DNA from: an uncultured Holophaga sp. | GTDB lineage: Bacteria; Acidobacteriota; Holophagae; Holophagales; Holophagaceae | Direction: 5' to 3' | Assembly: GCA_963664825.1 (NCBI GenBank) | Contig: OY761614.1 | Location: forward strand, 896,001-960,000 | DNA: 64,000 bases | Shown here: piece by piece, positions 60,866 through 64,000 of the stretch | How positions within the stretch are numbered: position 1 is the stretch's first letter | How the letters are laid out: each line of letters opens with the position of its first letter | Program-made: the position numbers and the translations under genes | Notes under the pieces: model-generated | Database searches by the model: none | Told to the model about the DNA's origin: nothing | Seen by the model: the letters and a program-made list of their open reading frames with translations, nothing else

Positions 60866-61465
60866 TCAGAAATGGTACTTCACACCAGCCTGAATCCAAG
60901 TAGGATTGATGTTCTTCCAGTTCACATCGGCCGTGGGGCTACCGAATTCCACCATCTGGAGGAGGACTTCAGCCGTCCACTTCTCGGTGATCTTGACATC
61001 CAAGCCACCCCGGAAGCCAAACTTCAGTTTATTGGGAGCCTTGCTGCCATCCAGGCCCCAGGGGTTCTCGCCCGTGCCGGTTGCGGGGCTGGCGAGGTAG
61101 CGCCAGAGGTTAAGGGAAATACCCGTCACCAAGTGGAGCCGATCGATACCCGTTGGCACAATCAGATCCGTGGAGATCTGGAGATTCGTGAGGCTCGTCT
61201 TCGACCCATCGGCAACCACCTTGCCCGGCAACCACGTGACGCCGAAGGCAGGACGGAATCCAATATTGGTGTCCGCAATGGTGCGATCGAGGCCAATGTT
61301 CAGGTTCACGCCATAGGTCTTGCCCGTGACCTTTTTCAGCGAATCATTGGCAACCGTGACGGCGCCGCCGACAAACATCCCCTGGACATCCTCTGCCCTA
61401 AGGGAGGGTAGGGCGACCAGAGTCGCTGCTGCAGCGATCCAGAGCGTTTTCAGTTTACTGTTCAT
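60866..61465 (-). CDS. Small outer-membrane beta-barrel protein, paralog of 53960-54529
   Basis: Signal peptide; LQMVEFG..NPTWIQAGVKYHF versus LQVVEMG..NPSWLQVGAKFHF. Confidence 0.85.
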   Translation of the reverse strand: MNSKLKTLWIAAAATLVALPSLRAEDVQGMFVGGAVTVANDSLKKVTGKTYGVNLNIGLDRTIADTNIGFRPAFGVTWLPGKVVADGSKTSLTNLQISTDLIVPTGIDRLHLVTGISLNLWRYLASPATGTGENPWGLDGSKAPNKLKFGFRGGLDVKITEKWTAEVLLQMVEFGSPTADVNWKNINPTWIQAGVKYHF

Positions 61466-61499
61466 GCTAATAGCTCCTTATATTCTGCGTTCAGGCGGT

Positions 61500-64000
61500 T
61501 CAGAACTTCAACCCGATGCTGGCGCTCACATTGCGACCCGCAATCCAGTAGGCATAGTTACCAGCGTCCGTACCAAATGTACTGGGATCCGCCACAGCGA
61601 TCGAGGAGGCGCCGTAGCTCTGCTTCCCAGCAGAGAAGGTGTTCACAAAGCCCGTCCGGATCTGCGTGTTGAACACATTGTCCACCTGCATGGACCCCAT
61701 GAGCTGGAGCTTGCCATAGCCGAGGGGCAGGGACCAGTCGATCTTGGCGTCCACCTGGGAGCTATCGTTGGCGGTGAAGGCGCCAGGCTTCGAGAACCAA
61801 GCCGTGTAGGCCGTAGGCATGGAGCCTGTCGGAACCCCCGCGCCGGTAGGCAGTGTGCCGGGAGTGGCAACAGATCCACTGGCACCATAGTTCACGCCAG
61901 AATCGTAGCGCAGGAGGGCCGAGTAGGAGATGCGCCCCTTGCCCATGGGCAGGGAAGCCGTCAAGTAGAGGCGGGCCTTCTGGGTCTGATTGCTGATGAG
62001 CAGGCCCGTGGGCGCATAGGAGCTGACAGGCGTGCCATGGCTTGCGAACCATCCCTGCAGGTTCGTGGGAGCAGAAGCCGTCGTGTCGTAGAAGCCCTGA
62101 CTGCCGTTGTCCCCACCATTGTTATTGCCCGTAAGGCGGCTATAGGTGTAGTTGCCACCGAACAGCCACGTGCTGTTGATATTATGGCGGAATTCCAGTT
62201 CCACGGCATTGTATTCACGTTTTAACAGGCTGCTATTGCCCCAGCGTGTGGCCAGTGCCGATTTGGGGGTAAGACCACCCCCGGTGGGATCCGGCACGTT
62301 CACATAGTAGGATGGATCGATATCAGTAGAGATGGAGAAATCGTTCTTCCACTGCTTGGAAATGGCGGTGACCTGAACGTAGGAACCGTTCTGATAGGCC
62401 CGACGATAGCCCAGGGTGAACTCAATCACATAGGGGTTGCTGAATTTGTCCAGTTGGTTGTTCTTCGAGGCGTCATAGAAATTCATGAGCGCCGTATAAT
62501 TGTCGGTATTCGTGATATTGGCGTAGTTGACCCAGGCTGCGGTCGGCACACCGGTGTAGCCGTACTGGGCATAGGTGGTATTGGCCTTCTTGATGAAACC
62601 ATCCGTGAAGCCCGCGCTGAACTCGTTCACATACTTCGCGGCCGTGAACGTGAAGAGATGGCGGGTGGACCCGTCCGGATCGTAACGGAGCTGGAAGCGG
62701 GGAGCCAGCGGCCCCCACTTATCGATCAGCACGGTCTTGTCCGTATCCTCGACCCGGAACTTGTCGAGGCGCAGGCCCAGCATCATGTTGAAGTGACTAT
62801 TGATGCTCCAGGAATCATTGGCGTAGAAGGAGGTGGTGCGCGTCTTGGAGGTGCCATCGGCGCCGTAATACTTCCGGAGAACCGCGGCCTGACCAATGGG
62901 GCCCGTGCCAGTCTGGATATAGCCAGGACCGTAAAGACCGCCATCAGGGTCATCCGGATTGACCCTCTTGGCGACTATGGCGTCCATCTGCCGGGCATAA
63001 TTCCAGTTGACAGCCTGGAAGGCCACGTGATTTCCGTAAGGATCGGCCGCAAGTTGACCGACAATGGTGGGGTCATCTGTGACCGCCGGAACATAGAAAC
63101 GGAGATTGCGGCTGCCATTCTGGGTCTGGGTGCCCCGCAGAAATTCATAGAAATCAAAACCGAAATCGAGTTCGTGATTCCCGTAGAAATCCACGAATTT
63201 CTTCAGGTTAATATTCCCACTCTGATTATCGCGCTTATCGAGGGCGGGAGACAGATTGAACCCGTAGGGGGACAGGACACCAGACGCGGTGCCCCCATAG
63301 GTGAGGCGCATGTGGTCTTCGGCCGGACAGGGGAAGGCCGTGTGCGCAACCGTCTTGGAATAGCGGGCTTCGATGAAGGTGCTGGCTCCCAATACGCCGC
63401 GGTAACCGTAGCTGTAGTATTTTTCCACACCATCATAGGCGAAGGAATTGTTCTGGATCGTGGCCGGAACCGCAGAGCCATAAGGGTTTTCGTTGGTGAT
63501 GGTCTGATGGTTCTGCTGGAAGGCGAAATCGATCGTATGATCGGGGGTGATGGCGGCCGTGAACTTGGCGTCGATGTAGTTCTGGGTGGTCTCGCTGACC
63601 AGGGCCTTCCCTGTGTCATACCCATAAAGGCGGCCCTGGGCGAAGGTCGGATCCCAAGTGTGCCATTGCTGCCCCGTGGGGGTCGCAGCGGTCCACTGGG
63701 ACGGAACCTCACCCTCGAGGATCACGTTGCGGCTGCCCTCGGAGGGTTTCTGAATCGTGGAAACCGCGAACCAGAGTTTGTCCTTGATGATGGGACCGCT
63801 GAAGAAGATATCCGTCTGGCGTCGACTATAGACGTTGGCGCGGCCATCAGACCCGTCTGGTTCCGCATGACGGGCGGTTTGCCAGTCATCGCGACTGATG
63901 TAGCTGCGGAGAGATCCAGCAAAATCGTTGCCGCCGCTCTTGGTGACCACATTGACCATGCCGCCACCGGTGCGGCCGAAGCGGGCATGGAGGGGTGACT
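61500..64000 (-). CDS. Oar-like TonB-dependent receptor, 5' end outside the window, paralog of 54548-57751
   Basis: Frame is open to the edge (SPLHARFGRTGGGMVNVVTKSGGN); shared FTDGFIKKA, GNYTYSRL.GNNNGGD, LLRYDSG and terminal IGLKF. Confidence 0.92.
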   Translation of the reverse strand, partial: SPLHARFGRTGGGMVNVVTKSGGNDFAGSLRSYISRDDWQTARHAEPDGSDGRANVYSRRQTDIFFSGPIIKDKLWFAVSTIQKPSEGSRNVILEGEVPSQWTAATPTGQQWHTWDPTFAQGRLYGYDTGKALVSETTQNYIDAKFTAAITPDHTIDFAFQQNHQTITNENPYGSAVPATIQNNSFAYDGVEKYYSYGYRGVLGASTFIEARYSKTVAHTAFPCPAEDHMRLTYGGTASGVLSPYGFNLSPALDKRDNQSGNINLKKFVDFYGNHELDFGFDFYEFLRGTQTQNGSRNLRFYVPAVTDDPTIVGQLAADPYGNHVAFQAVNWNYARQMDAIVAKRVNPDDPDGGLYGPGYIQTGTGPIGQAAVLRKYYGADGTSKTRTTSFYANDSWSINSHFNMMLGLRLDKFRVEDTDKTVLIDKWGPLAPRFQLRYDPDGSTRHLFTFTAAKYVNEFSAGFTDGFIKKANTTYAQYGYTGVPTAAWVNYANITNTDNYTALMNFYDASKNNQLDKFSNPYVIEFTLGYRRAYQNGSYVQVTAISKQWKNDFSISTDIDPSYYVNVPDPTGGGLTPKSALATRWGNSSLLKREYNAVELEFRHNINSTWLFGGNYTYSRLTGNNNGGDNGSQGFYDTTASAPTNLQGWFASHGTPVSSYAPTGLLISNQTQKARLYLTASLPMGKGRISYSALLRYDSGVNYGASGSVATPGTLPTGAGVPTGSMPTAYTAWFSKPGAFTANDSSQVDAKIDWSLPLGYGKLQLMGSMQVDNVFNTQIRTGFVNTFSAGKQSYGASSIAVADPSTFGTDAGNYAYWIAGRNVSASIGLKF

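Overview
64 kb of a high-GC anaerobic bacterial chromosome; gene style suggests Holophagaceae (Acidobacteriota), which is an inference. The backbone is housekeeping: hflX (partial), a MarR-RND efflux operon, rimP-nusA-infB, folD, mscL, OmpA, RluA, an M16 peptidase, recN, ribE, cdd, def-fmt, PpiD/SurA, serS and asparaginase. Five things stand out. (1) An hfs-type [FeFe]-hydrogenase operon (2Fe-2S protein, PAS-containing sensory hydrogenase, PP2C phosphatase, second 2Fe-2S protein, group B hydrogenase) has adhE embedded as its second gene. (2) A 20-bp palindrome, ATCGAKA-W6-TMTCGAT, overlaps the promoters of both that operon and a separate alcohol dehydrogenase 30 kb away, suggesting a fermentation regulon with an unusual operator. 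(3) A SAM-I-controlled yitJ-ferredoxin-metH operon encodes a YitJ whose methyltransferase domain has lost two zinc ligands. (4) An exact 97-bp duplication containing the serS 3' end is interleaved with two 9-bp-periodic MITE/REP-like palindromes. (5) Two paralogous lower-GC cassettes each carry an Oar-like TonB-dependent receptor, a small beta-barrel, a terminator and an exported protein with an unrecognised shared domain. A lower-GC CsgG/DUF4810/DUF799 lipoprotein island is also present. No tRNA, rRNA, CRISPR, transposase or integrase was seen. All family calls come from motif recognition, not database searches.
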